Below are positions 13,162 to 26,200 of a stretch of 64,000 nt of DNA, one piece after another. The position numbers were made by a program, and so were the translations under genes. The DNA is from Saccostrea echinata (Eukaryota). A model generated the notes under the pieces. That model was not told the origin of the DNA. It made no database searches and worked only from the letters and a program-made list of their open reading frames with translations. The stretch lies in NCBI RefSeq assembly GCF_033153115.1, contig NW_026889785.1, forward strand, positions 7,068,001 to 7,132,000, in the 5' to 3' direction. Every line of letters begins with the position of its first letter. Within the stretch, counting starts at the first letter, position 1.

Positions 13162-14655
13162 GGCCAAAATAAAAAATACCTTAGTTTCCCCTAACGCGAC
13201 CGACCCCATTAAATCGTGCCGACTGAAAAGTTTTTTTAAGAAGATTATTCAAATATTTTTTTTATTGCTTATCAACTTTATAAAATACAATCTCATCGAA
13301 ATCCGTTTTTTTCCAGAACGGCGGCTTCTGTTTTACTCTCATTTGGCGCCCACAATTAAACATGTGGCCACAGATGGTTAGTTCGTGTTATAAAACAATG
13401 GGGATGTATCAGTCTTAATATATATCTTTAACCTATCACAATCCTACACTCTTGAAACATTTCGTGAATTAAATATACCATGACTAAGGTGTATTAAGAT
13501 GTTATTTACAAATTTGTCTTCCAAAATTAACGTACGTAGTAAGCATGGCAAAGCCTGCCTCATGAGCAGAAGAGGGGCCCACCTTGTTTATGCTTATCAA
13601 TAAATTTCACTGCATTTCATTCGTTTCGATGTAATTTACACTTCAGGTATGATTCTATTTGTACTATACAGGACCGTAAGATTTGTAAATATGTCTTTGT
13701 ATAATTATTTCATCTTTACAAATATAATTTATATGTCGTTTCTTCCTTCCTTTCATTTATGGGGTAAATTTCGTGGCTATAACATTAGATATATAAAACT
13801 TTAATCATTTTATATATGATGTAGTTGAATTAAATAGTTTATACAGGTACACTCTTTTCAAATAGTGTGTGTTGAAATCTTTAAAATTGGCTGATGGTAC
13901 GGCTTCCTGAGACGTCTAGTGTAATTTTCTTTAGGTAGTACCTTGAAAATAGGTTGTTTCCTTGCTTTAAAATACCTTTTAAATTGTTGGATCGACAACA
14001 TTTGAACACCTGCCTGCTGGAAAGCTCCAAATTTAGACTTTTTATCGGCACTTATGGCCATTGATAATAAAGCATCAGTAAGGGATCTTTTTCGTGCCGA
14101 CATCTACATGTATATTTCGACACTGCATGGACCTACGTTTTTTTTACCGTCTCATTCGACTGAGCAGTCTCCACGTCCCACGTCAGGACCTGCGACTTAC
14201 AATGCAATAAGCTCCTGAATTATGTCGTTACTCCAAAAACAACACTAGAATTACTGCACCACGCGAGGCCCTTGACATTTTGTCTGTGTAAGCACTCGAA
14301 GATGATAATAGGTTTGAAAAAATATACTCGGATGGCCGATGGTTGAGTATTTGCGAATTTTGTCTTTTTGTAAAAATTCGATAAATTTACGCTGGCTTGA
14401 GATATTTCACAAGTTCAAATGAATAATATTTGAGAATTAACTAACCATACATGTTGCTTTTAAATTTTATTTGTATGATATTCAGTTTAAAAATCGGTTT
14501 CTTTTCTTCTTTCTTCTTTATAAAGATATTATTCAATTTTTCAGAATGTATTTTCAAAACTGCTGTCAGAAAAAAAAATAATTTACCTACCTACCTACCC
14601 AACTTATAATTTTAGGGTCGGGTTAGGGGAAACAAAGATATTTTTAATGATGGCC
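13162..14655. mobile_element. Non-autonomous TIR DNA transposon with TTA target duplication (PIF/Harbinger-like)
   Basis: Left end GGCCAAAATAAAAAATACCTTAGTTTCCCCTAACGCGACC matches the reverse complement of the right end, GGCCATCATTAAAAATATCTTTGTTTCCCCTAACCCGACC. Both ends are flanked by TTA. Confidence 0.75.
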
Positions 14656-17600
14656 TTACAGTGTGATAAATATTATATTAAAAAGAATCTTCTATACACA
14701 TATTAATGAATAAGCAATCAAATCTTTAAATCCATATTGGCATGTTTTTATTTGCTTCAATATACATTTATACATTAAATAATTCTACAAATCCAGGGGG
14801 GAGTTTTACCCCCCCCCCCCCCAACTGCGCATGCTGTTCTTTTTTTCCCTAAGCGGGGGACACAAATTCTCTGAATTAGCTTGTTCGAATTGTTTTAAAT
14901 CCTTTATCATCGAATCATCGAAGTAAATATTCTTACTTTATAAGATATTCGGCAGAAAAAATAAATTAATGATACTTCTGGTACATTTATCGTTAATGAA
15001 GAAAAATAAACTCAATTATTTCCCAAACAAAGACACTTCTGGAATACGGATTGGATAGTTTTCGCTTTGTTCTTGGATTGGCAGGATCCCTCTCACGGAC
15101 ATTTGGTGGATGACACACTCTGTCTGTCCGATGTCGGGAGGTTGGTGCGCTGTCTATTAAAAATACAGTAATAAGAGTAATTCAATAGAAGGAAAAATGC
15201 AAACTCATGTCTATATTACAGTAGTCCAATCCACACTTTACAACTGTTGTTTGCGCGGTCAACCAAGACTCTTGTTTACACTACCAAATGTTAGGGCATG
15301 CTGCTACAAATTTACTTTGTGCAAGTTTTGTTTTCCTGTGTAGGTACCAAAATCACTGGGCAATCAAATTACTACATGTTAAGGTAATTTTAAAATTAAA
15401 TGACAAAGATACAAAGTCGAAAGTTACATGTCCTAAAGATGGCGACCAAAGGAAATAACTTTTGGAAAGTTTGGATTAAACTATACTTAAGAAAATGTTG
15501 ACTGACATAACATATAACTGTATTCAATGGTTAAGTCTTTGTCTGTAATATTATGTGAGTATTCAAAATCCAAAATTTTATAATATAATGAAAGATATAT
15601 ATTTTTTAACATTGTACACATTGCTTTAAATGTTTAAAATTATTAATGATAAGAAATCAACATATATTTCAATGATACTGTCACGTGGTCAAGCTGGCTA
15701 TCTCCAAAAATCACACAAATTCAACTAAGTTTTGACAAATTTATTTACAAATAATAATAATAATAAAGAAGATTTCAAACAGACAACCACACTCTGATCC
15801 ACACTATTAAACAAAAAAATAATAATAGCAATTGGTAACCAATAATCGGACAATTAACCAAGAGTATAGATTTCACTCAAAGTATCAATGGCAAACATAT
15901 CCCACTGGAGTCGTCATCTCCATATCAATGATTATCATTGTCATCATCAGCATCATCGTATGAACGAAAACCATGTCAGGTTTGCCAATACGTCAGTGTT
16001 CCTATATCGAGCTACACAATGTTACGTGGATTGACTTATCTGTATCTGTCCACCATCACTGAATCTTGAACCACACACAGCATCCTTCCGGGCTTTAGTC
16101 CTGGAACCTTTCGCTGTGTCTCGACGATCCCCTCAGCTTAGGGCATGTATCCAGCACATGTCATACCAGTGTCCTTGAAGCTACAATGACGAATATTTTT
16201 AAGTCACATGTTTCACTAAATAATGTTTGGCAACACTACTATGTTTGGCAATTCATTCTCATAAATAAATAATTCAATACGTATAAATTATAATGGTTAC
16301 CAGTTAATATAAGTCAAAACAAATTATTGCCAACATGGCGCACCTTACTTTCGACTTCCGGTCATTCACTTCCGCCCAGACATTTAAACCAAAATTTAAA
16401 TGGACAAAATATTTCACATAATGTAACAAATCTGAATACAAGAAAAATTGAATTGCGTACAATAACACCTTTAAACTCTATCGATATAATACAAAAGCCA
16501 TTCGAACACTCGCTAACCGTCACACCTGACTGAACAACGGGTAAAATGGTGAGAGCTGGCCAAGTTCAGAAATAAGAACGAATACGTATTCAATAATAAA
16601 TTTATCTAAAAAAAAAACTATATACATAACGAATATTAATAATATTATAAGTAAATACTTACCACGGACCTGTCTCCGTGCCAAAGTCAAGATACTGATT
16701 GTATGGCAGCTATTTGCATGTACACTAGCTGCTTCAATTGTAGAAACGTGTCTGCAGCTACGCTTCTCTGCCGGGAAGGACCAGGCCTCAATTGTTCTGG
16801 TCGGCCAAGCTATTTTGCAAGGTCTTATGGGTAATTAGGGCATAGGGACAAAACGCCGGAAATACAAATAATATGTACAAGTATTATAGTGATTGTTACA
16901 GATACAATAAAAATAATTAAAAATAGAAATATAATGGTTTATTGTGAAAAAATACCTTCCTTATACTCTCTTGAATGTAACAGTTACGGATCCACTTTGT
17001 AGCTTCAGTTTTACTGGACCCTTGAACATTTCCTGAAGAAACCTGGGCTCCCCCTAAGGTGCAAGACAAGGTTAAACCCATTATTATTCCCATTAGCATT
17101 TCTATTCTGCAAAAAATAGTCAATAAATTGACGGTCAATGCAATTATTATATTTTATAGGAGAAATGGATGTACCTGATCTACCAGTTAAGTGGTGTCTG
17201 CATATCTGATTCTCTCTCTCTCTGTCGGAATTGATGACTATGGGAGCAGATTCAGCACCTACTAGTTCACCAAGGGTGTAAACACATAGGTAATATGAAA
17301 TGTATTGCTAAACTTCGCTGGTATATGTGTAACATCATTGCATCCATAGTAAGGAAATACATATTTAAACTTAATCTTACTTGATTCAGTTTGTCAGAAG
17401 TTGGTGCGATGTCAGGAATATCTGTATTTTAAAAATGTAAATGTATTTTTCTGCAATACGTAATTTCTATATAAATTGAATAAAAGAAAAAGAATAATTT
17501 TTAGTAGTGGAAAGTGAAACGTATTTGCGTAAATTTCCTTATTCCATATCTTTCTTAAGATTTACCTGGAATTGGCGTCAATGTTTTATCCAAATCCGAC

Positions 17601-19547
17601 CCCTAAAGCAATTCATCCAAAACGGATTCTTCTTCATCCTCTTTCCTTCTCCTTTGGATGGTATTTTCGCTGGCTGTTTTGTTTCTTGGGATTGATTCCG
17701 TGTCTTCAGAATCTGGTAATAGGCTTGGAAGGGATGAACTGTCCGGTGTGCTTAAGACTTCGGAGTCGCTTTCAGCATCTTTGTTTCCTTAAATCATAGT
17801 TTATTATTTTTATTTTATGAAATAACACAGGAAGTTATTTTTTTCAATATATGAACTCTAACATTATTCTATTTTAAACATATTTTTCATAAGAAAAATA
17901 TTTTCAGTTAAGTATACTAACTTCTTAATTAATGTTTAAAATTCCTTACTTTTTATTTCCTACTAATACTATTGTATTAAACATATCATTTTTTACAGCA
18001 AATTATATTCAATTAATTATACCGACTTCTTCATTAATGTTCGAAATTTTTTTACTTTTTTAATTTTCTTCTAATATTGTAAATTTACCAATTAATTATA
18101 CATTAATGTTTAATTATTTTTACTTTTTATTTTCTACTAAAATTGTATATTTATCTGGTCTAATATCCCCGTCTCCCAACTCATTTGTAGGAACACCAGC
18201 CCACGTGTCAAATAACGGTGTTGTGTACTTGTATGATGGTTGGACATCCAATGGGTATACTGATCTATGATAGTATAACATTTTTTTTTAACCTTAAACG
18301 AAAATTATACCTTTCAAATATTTTTTCACAGAACACAAGTATATAAATTCTTACTTGATAAGGTTGAAGAAAGCATCATACAGGTTGTGTTTTCCACATA
18401 ACCTCTGTCATGTGACCCTCAAACTGTGAAAGTTTTGTTCCCGACATCTTAAAATGACCCTTTGCATGTTTCCATGCACCTTCGATACGATTGGTGTGTA
18501 TGTCGACTTCCATTGACGTAAGTTTTTTTTTGAAAGAATACCTGGAAATGACTGTAAAGCGTTCAAAAACGATGTCATTCAGGGGCCAATATGCCGACCA
18601 GCCGTCACTGTAGATGGTGCTGCCTGGAATACAATGGCGTTGAATGATGGGTAGCAGTGTCTCCTCTGTCCAGTCTGCTACTTTATACAATATAATTGTA
18701 TTCGTTTATCTCTCAACTATTCCAAACACCCATATCTGAAATGTTACAAGGAAAAATCATTGCATCAATAATCAATTGTATTTCTGTTAAAAAATGGAAT
18801 AACTCTGAATTTCTTTTTTTTTTAATGATTTCTTTTCTTGAGTGTTTGTATTGTTGTTTTAATTTGTTTTTCTTGTATGTGTTTTTCAATTAAAATTAAA
18901 ATAATTTTTATATTATTTTGAAGGTATGCAGTTTAAAGGTCCATTGTTATCGAGGAATAATTTGTTTACCATTTTCTAAAATGTTTATATTTACTAAACA
19001 AATACAAAGGTATGATATTTAGCCTTTTGTTATCATTGATCCATTTTCCACTTAATTAAGGTTTTAAATTTATTTCCTTTTGTACATTTTTGCAAGATAT
19101 GCTATCTGAATATATTACCTTTAGTCCAGAGTTGGGATTACCCCTGTTGTGCTTGACTCGTCAATCTCTATGACACCAGGCGGTTCTTTGTTTTTATGTG
19201 GGTCTGAAAATGTTCCTTAAACAACTCCCTTATATAGGAACCCAGTGGACTGCTGTGGTGTTGTGGGAAACCCCTGAAAATCGCGCGCATTGGGCGAGAA
19301 AACAACCATCCAAAAAAGATTTAAGAAATAAAATTATGTCTTGAATAGCCAAATTAGTTTTCTCAAAAAGGGAGTTTGCCCTGCAATTTCTGGTATGTAG
19401 CCTCTGTACGTTGAACCTGAAAAGGGAACCTCCTGGGTTATTAGCAGATGCTCGTAAATGCATTGTCCCTCCGCAGTTGGCAGCTGTACAAGGTACTGAA
19501 GTCGCTAATATACCCTGCCTTCTTAACCATTTATAAACTAACCCATC

Positions 19548-19770
19548 AGTCGCTCGCGTGGCGCAGTGGTTAGAGGGTCCTTTGGACGAGACCGTATAAA
19601 CCGAGGTCCCGTATCGCAGTAGGTGCTGGCACGGAAAAGATCCCTCACTGCTCAATGGCCCCGAGTGCCGAGTATGGGTCAAAATGTGTAGCTCTCCACT
19701 GGCAAGTGGTGGCGTCTCCATATCAGTGAAAAATTCTCGAGAGGGACGTTGAACAATAAACAAACAAACA
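19548..19770 (+). mobile_element. SINE family A copy with internal deletion of the B-box
   Basis: A-box joins directly to the core. TSD AAACTAAC(C/T)CATCAGT at 19535-19550 and 19771-19786. Confidence 0.9.
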
Positions 19771-20055
19771 AAACTAACTCATCAGTTAGAGTCATTAAGG
19801 AATAAAAATTCCACGGATTTTCCAAATCTGTTGGCTGTTAATTTCCATGAGGTTCTCCCTCTTCCATTCTCTGTAATTACCGCCGCCCTTTCTACTTGCC
19901 ATTTCTAACCCTGTGTAACCCGTTTCTTAAAGGGAACCTCCTGGGTTATTAGCAGATGCTCGTAAATGCATTGTCCCTCCGCAGTTGGCAGCTGTACAAG
20001 GTACTGAAGTCGCTAATATACCCTGCCTTCTTAACCATTTATAAACTAACTCATC

Positions 20056-20278
20056 AGTCGCCCGCGTGGCGCAGTGGTTAGAGGGTCCTTTGGACGAGAC
20101 CGTATAAACCGAGGTCCCGTATCGCAGTAGGTGCTGGCACGGAAAAGATCCCTCACTGCTCAATGGCCCCGAGTGCCGAGTATGGGTCAAAATGTGTAGC
20201 TCTCCACTGGCAAGTGGTGGCGTCTCCATATCAGTGAAAAATTCTCGAGAGGGACGTTGAACAATAAACAAACAAACA
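20056..20278 (+). mobile_element. SINE family A copy (duplicate of the 19548 copy)
   Basis: Same deletion and the same 16-bp TSD AAACTAACTCATCAGT. Confidence 0.9.
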
Positions 20279-20767
20279 AAACTAACTCATCAGTTAGAGT
20301 CATTAAGGAATAAAAATTCCACGGATTTTCCAAATCTGTTGGCTGTTAATTTCCATGAGGTTCTCCCTCTTCCGTTCTCTGTAATTACCGCCGCCCTTTC
20401 TACTTGCCATTTCTAACCCTGTGTAACCCGTTTCTTAAAGACCATACCCTTAAATATTGCTAATTAAAAACCACGTGACCATGATTATTTCTCATCAGTA
20501 GACAAGCAAACAATCGCCCCTGGAAATAAAAAAGAAAGGAAAATTTATTTTTAACGATTTATTTTTTTTTCATGTTTCCATAATGTCTTGTAGAACCATC
20601 CAAATACTGGTATTGCCGCATTGTTACATTCCATGCATACAAGGCATAATTTCTTCCATTCTCAAATAATCTGAAAATTATCATTTTATTAACGTTGTGA
20701 TAATTTCTGTCCAACTAACAAACATATTTTATTTTTTTTTCAAATATTTCTGGGGTTTACCTGCAGA

Positions 20768-20768
<1 letters not shown>

Positions 20769-20808
<40 letters not shown>
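20769..20808. repeat. (TA)n microsatellite
   Basis: Seen directly in the sequence. Confidence 0.97.
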
Positions 20809-20811
<3 letters not shown>

Positions 20812-22059
20812 ATATTAAATATTGAATTAACCTAAATAGTACTTCCAAGTGATTCCTTGCAGCTCTGTTTCTTGCCAGATAAATAACATTATACATTCCA
20901 AGAAAATGGCGGGATTCAAACCGTTAACAAAAACGAAGGTGGCAATTAGAGTCCTCTGAAAATGACGGAGATGAGGCGTCCAGAATAGTCTTCTAATCCA
21001 ATATTGCCATTCCCTTGCTGGACCTATAATGTCTTGTATATTAGACCATAAGTTATATTCTTTCTGTCTATGGCGATTGTTTAAATGTACATGTTCCTTT
21101 ACAGAGACTTATTTTATGTATTATCATTAAAATGTGCTTATTTTTATTTAAATTATTTTTGTTCCTTTCATATTATTCATTGTGGTGTTAAGAGTGTTCA
21201 CTGCGTTCACCAGCAAATTGCCTTCATAGGCCTCGTACAGTGTATGTTTAATGTGAATGAAGAGTACTCAGATGCGTAGATCAGAGTTGCCGTTCGTTGA
21301 CGGAGTGGGCTCGAAAATGAAAAAAAAATTGTGTAATGTAGATATTGAAGAAGTTTATATATATTTCCCTTTTCGGGAAAAATGCAATTTACTTGCACCC
21401 GTATTATAAATTTGCAACCTATTTTTAAAGTTATGTCGGTATAATATGTATCTACTGGCGTTAATATTTATTTTAGTGACATTCTTGAAATTTATAATGA
21501 ACTTTAAGAGCTCACCAAGAATATGTATTATTTACGGAATAAATGAATATGTACTCGTGTTAATGAATTCCCTACCTGAATTATATTCAAAAATGGAACT
21601 TGCGTCGGTATACACTCATGTTATTCAATTCGCTCTATTCAATTCCATCATTATTTCAAGTATGAATTAAGAATGAAAACCCCTCAAAAAATCCACGCCC
21701 CATTTGTTATCTGTATGACCCCAAAGAAACCCTTTTCCGGGGAAAACCTCCGCTTTCAGAGACTTTTAGAATGTTGCCTCTGTATATATATACTCATGTT
21801 ATTCAATTCTCTTTCTGTGAAAAGTCAATTTAAGAATCTTGTCTCCCTATATATATACTCATGTTATTCCATTCGCTCTTAATACCTGGTATTTATTCCG
21901 GATTTGGATCACTTGCTTTTTATAGAAAGGAAAAAATGACTTGCGTTGGTATATACTCATGTTATCAATTCGCTTTCTGTGAAAAAGCCAATTTTAGACT
22001 TAATGGTTATCGTTAAAATCAGATTTATATAACTACATAGTGTTTCTTATTAATTTTAA

Positions 22060-22650
22060 TACTAAGGTTTCATATTTGGATATTTTACTTGAAAAAGACG
22101 TTAATGGTAATCTAACAACCAAGCTTTATGATAAACGTGATGACTTTAACTTTTCAATCGTCAACTTCCCTTACTTATGCAGCAATATACCTTCATCACC
22201 TGCATACGGGGTATATATCTCTCAGTTGATTCGATAGGCAAGAGCATGCTTTACGTATGTACAATTTCTTAAACGAGGTAAATTATTGACAAATAAGTTA
22301 ATGAAACAAGAATATCAGCTGTCTCGTTTAAAGTCATCATTTCGTAAGTTCTATGGTCGATACAATGACCTTGTCAGCAAATACAATTTATCATTGAGTC
22401 AAATGCTGACTGACGTTTTTCATACTAATTGTTAGGCCATTATTTACACACTGAATTGTCGACGGATTTTTCTGTTATTTCCCGATCATGACAAGGAGCA
22501 CACGGCGGGTGTGACCGGTCGGCAGGGGATGCTCACTCCTCCATGGCCCCTGATCCCACCTCTGATGTTTGGAGGTCCGTGTTTGCTCTGCTCCTATTTT
22601 GTATTGTATAATGGACTTTTGAGCTTGAATACTGTTCGTTATCTCCACAT
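22060..22650 (+). mobile_element. Penelope-like retroelement, RT C-terminus/thumb and 3' region (5'-truncated)
   Basis: SYLDILL...LTTKLYDKRDDFNFSIVNFPYLCSNIPSSPAYGVYISQLIR*ARAC...FRKFYGRYNDLV. The ORF ends with no C-terminal GIY-YIG domain. Confidence 0.85.
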
Positions 22651-22793
22651 ATTTCATTTATTTATAATTAAAATGTTTTATAAAGGTAATGACCTATTTT
22701 GTATTGTATAATGGTCCTTTGAGCTTGAATACTGTTCGTTATCTCCACATATTTCATTTATTTATAATTAAAATGTTTTATAAAGGTAATGAC
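22593..22793. repeat. 100-bp tandem duplication at the 3' end of the Penelope-like element
   Basis: CCTATTTTGTATTGTATAATGG at 22593 and 22693. Confidence 0.93.
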
Positions 22794-22845
22794 GTTAACG
22801 TGTACAACGTCAAACTTAATCCATTTCCGAATTGAATAACATGAT

Positions 22846-23066
22846 CAGGCCCGTAGGACGCAATTTCAGTTTGGGGGGGCACAGCCAAACATTTTTCAGT
22901 TGACAGTTGAGGGGGCACTACCAAAAATTTTCTGACAAGCCAAAAAAAAAAAAAAGTCATCAGGCGGTTATTGAGGGGGCACAAGCTTATAGTATCCATG
23001 TTTATTATAGTAATCTATATATTGGCAAAAATATTGGGCCCCCCCCCCCCGGTTCCTACGGCCATG
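22846..23066. mobile_element. Short MITE with hAT-like termini
   Basis: CAGGCCCGTAGGA...TCCTACGGCCATG form an imperfect TIR, flanked by ATGAT on both sides. Confidence 0.65.
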
Positions 23067-23110
23067 ATGATTATGCCATTAGTAGCAACCTAGAAAGCAT
23101 AGATAATAAA

Positions 23111-23400
23111 GAATCTCGGCCGCGACTGACCTAAATCGATAAAAAAAATTGGGTAGCAACTGTTCCTTGGCCATGGGCTCGGCACTTTGAAGTGAAAGTT
23201 GCGGGTCCTTCGGATGAGACCTTAAAAACCGAGGCCCGTGTCACGACAGGCGTTGGCACGATTAAGATCTCACTGCTCAATCGCCCCGAGTGCCGAGTAA
23301 AGGTATAAAAAATTTGAAGCCCTTCACCGGTAAATGGTGACGTCTCTATATGAGTGAAATATCCTCGAATAGGACGTCAAACAACATGCAATCGATCAAT
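23111..23400 (+). mobile_element. SINE family B, 5'-truncated
   Basis: Matches the reverse complement of 46112-46457 from the B-box region onward, with the shared core and tail. Confidence 0.88.
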
Positions 23401-23699
23401 AAAACCCGAAATCCGGGACAGTCGGGCGTCGGGACGACTAGATTAACCGCTTGCACACGAGTCAGTTAAAGAACGACTTGACTTAAACAAAATGCAAGCA
23501 GTTTTACAACACGTACTCATTTTATTCGGATAACGAATTGGACATGAAGATTTCGTTAGAAGCCGTGTCCCTTTGCGGGGTCAACTGAAAGATCATAATG
23601 GAAAGGAAATATCTCTACTTTATGCTTCTAAACATTTTGGCATGCTCCGTTAAAGCCACTGCATTTAACTATGTTTTCTTTCTATGTATGGGTAGCCCT

Positions 23700-23990
23700 T
23701 ACCTGCACAAAGACTAATGTCTCTCGGTCTGTCCTTACATGTAAGAGGAGGTCCTAACCTATATGTGGTGCTGATAGCACCTATTTTCAGAGAACACAGT
23801 TGTTGATAGTGTTCCGAATAACTTTGATTGTATTCTCAATTTGAATTTCAGGAATTCCTGTAAATTTAAAACAAGTCTTTCGAGAGTATTGCTAATCAAG
23901 TCGAGACTCAAAATCAGATACCTGTTTTCTAAGATCACGAACTTCAAATGCAACTTTTTCTATTATGCTATTATTGAAAGCTGGTTTGCC
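23700..23990 (-). pseudogene. LINE ORF1-like fragment (coiled coil followed by RRM-like region)
   Basis: EVRDLRKQVSDFESRLD*QYSRKTCFKFTGIPE..ENT...RLGPP...RPRDI resembles the EQYSRRxxLxxxGIPE motif. Confidence 0.6.
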
Positions 23991-23999
23991 TGATGTAAT

Positions 24000-25810
24000 T
24001 AAGCATAAAAATAGGTATGTCAAGACAATTGAATATTTTTTCATTATTTCTCACCTTCTCCATAACCATCCTGAAATCATCATCCTTGTCTACAGCCACA
24101 AAATGTTTGTTTTTTCTGTCATGAAAGTCATTCTTTGGAATTTTATCATCCTTGCCTGTTGTAAAATCATAGTTGAATTCTGTTACCTCGTAATTTCCAC
24201 GAAATATTTCTTCAGCATTCTCGGATTAGTGAAATGTTGATACTCGTCTTCTGTTAAACTGTCTCCATGACAGATTTCTGAAGAAGTCTGTACCAAGTTG
24301 GTAACATACTGAACGGTACAAGGGGACTGTAATTATACAGTAGGAGCATCCAGGTATTTCCCTTCTACCATTTTTACACACTTGAGTTAAATTTTTTCTT
24401 CCAATTACCAACATTTCATGGGCTGAAAAAGAATGTCTTACTGTAAATGATCCTTTAATAAATAAAACTCGCAATTGTTTTGGATCAGCTCTTTATTGTT
24501 TCTCAATAATTCTGATATACAATCAGTTGATTCATCCATTCTATAATAAACTAAACCCATCCTACATTCTCCCATTATTTGACAAGAACTCCATAAAGCA
24601 TCTCCAGAAGGCAATGCATATTTCATTCCGGATAAAAATCTCTGCTCCGCTAACAAATTCTGTAGTTTAGCAGTCTTCGTCGCGTGTTTGGAATCCATTG
24701 TACCAAGAAGGATAACTGGTTTTCCCCCCCCATAAAGTGTTTCTTTCGATTTCATACCCATGATAAATTTTACTGTTAACCATAATGACTGTAGCGCTGA
24801 TAATGGACAATGGTTCTTTGCTGCCGTCTATAAAAATTAACGTTGCGGTGTAGAAGCTCTTTGTTGCTGACGACGTCTTTTGTCTTTTCTGTTATTTTAT
24901 CCAAAGCTTCATGAAATTCAAATTCCGGAGTGAAAACTTCTGATATGTATCCTTTTTAAAAAATTATCATAGCCCTACGTATTTTATTAATATTATCATA
25001 ATATGAAGAAATATTCTGAGCCAGTAATGTCAAACTAAACGTTTTCTTTGCATTATTCTGTACATCGGCTATATGTTTAGCAACTTTTACAGCCTTTTCA
25101 AGTTTTCCCGAGTGCCGTTGATAAGTTGTTCACTTTGTATCGATTGTCTTCGATTTGAAATTCTTTGAGACTTAGTTAGGTTCAGTTAGATTCTGGTCTC
25201 GTCTAATGATGCTGTAAACCCGACTGGCAACCATTTGTAAATCCTCCGAGGTGGCAGTTCGAATATGGATTAAGAAAAATCTCTAATGAAAAATAAAGGA
25301 GCACTGCGTCCTGAACCTGTAAATTTTTGAAATTGTTTTTAATTAAATGTGGAGAGCTTTTTGATTTCGTATTCCATTTCAATGTCCATCGTCTTAAGCA
25401 ATTTAAATAAAGGATGCCTCTTGTATCTCAAACAGACGTCCTACAATTTCTGCCCGTTGTCAAAACTTCAAAGATTTTAAGACATAAATATTTTTAAAAA
25501 TGTTATAAGATGAAAGTAAAAATATCTTCCCTCTCGTCTCATTGAGTAAAAATGATATAAAACACATAAAAGATAGCTCTACAAGTAATAAGAATTCATT
25601 CCCAAAAAAGGAATTATTTCAAAATGGAAATTAGAGTCACAAGTATCTCTAAAAAATGAAAGAAGATTTTCCCTGTCAGAAGGAATATGTTGTGACCAAA
25701 CACATACCAATCATGGTTTTCGTTATGGTAATATAACTCCAGAGTGAACAAAAGAACAGTAGGATGATGGGAAGATTTGTCTTGTCGAGTATTTATACTA
25801 TTTCTTCATC
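24000..25810 (-). pseudogene. env-like (F-protein-like fusion glycoprotein) ORF of a Ty3/Gypsy element, decayed
   Basis: GRSAPLFFI.DF..IF(G)TATSEDLQMVASRV at 25311-25220 resembles a cleavage site followed by a fusion peptide. Further on are a heptad-like region, CISELLRNNKELIQNNCEFYLL and GCSYCIITVP. It lies directly 3' of an integrase. Confidence 0.65.
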
Positions 25811-25869
25811 CTCTGTATTTTTGTAAGAATAATGTTTATTTTAAAAGTTTGTCTCCAAGAAAAGTAGCA

Positions 25870-26200
25870 AAGTCCTTGGGGACTTCTGTTGGTTTCATAT
25901 GTAATTGACAACAGGGAATTCAGGGCTATACCCAAATACAATCTCATATAGAGAATATCCAAGACTCGTGTTCACAACAGATGATAAACAATTTTCCCAA
26001 TTACTTTTATCTGGAGATACGTAAGGTGTTAGTCTCTAAGCAAGTGTCGCATGTATTTTTTCACAAGCTCCAAGGCAATGGTGTGCAAAGGCTGGAGTTA
26101 ATTGTTAGGCAATATGTAGCATCCTGCAGAGTTCAGACGTAACTTTGGATATAAACTCACTTCATATTCGCATATTTGTCGTTAATAGAAAGGTTGACAT
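25870..26200 (-). pseudogene. Ty3/Gypsy integrase core fragment
   Basis: SEFISKVTSELCRMLHIA*QLTPAFAHHCLGACE..HATLA*RLTPY...NWENCLSSVV..LGYSLYEIVFGYSPEFP. Confidence 0.8.

Larger units (their letters stand above)
18150..20440 (-). mobile_element. Merlin (IS1016/IS1595-ISXO2-like) transposase gene with spliceosomal introns, inactivated
   Basis: Exons give an N-terminal Cys region (WLRRQGILATSVPC...CGGTM), IEIDES..HNRG, IWVFGIVER, IPGSTIYSDGWSAY and HTNRIEGAWKHAK. There is a GT-AG intron at about 18737-19119, plus a SINE insertion and a tandem duplication. Confidence 0.85.
19421..20440. repeat. Near-identical 508-bp tandem duplication
   Basis: AAAGGGAACCTCCTGGG at 19421 and 19929, with AAAG microhomology at the junction. 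Confidence 0.95.
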
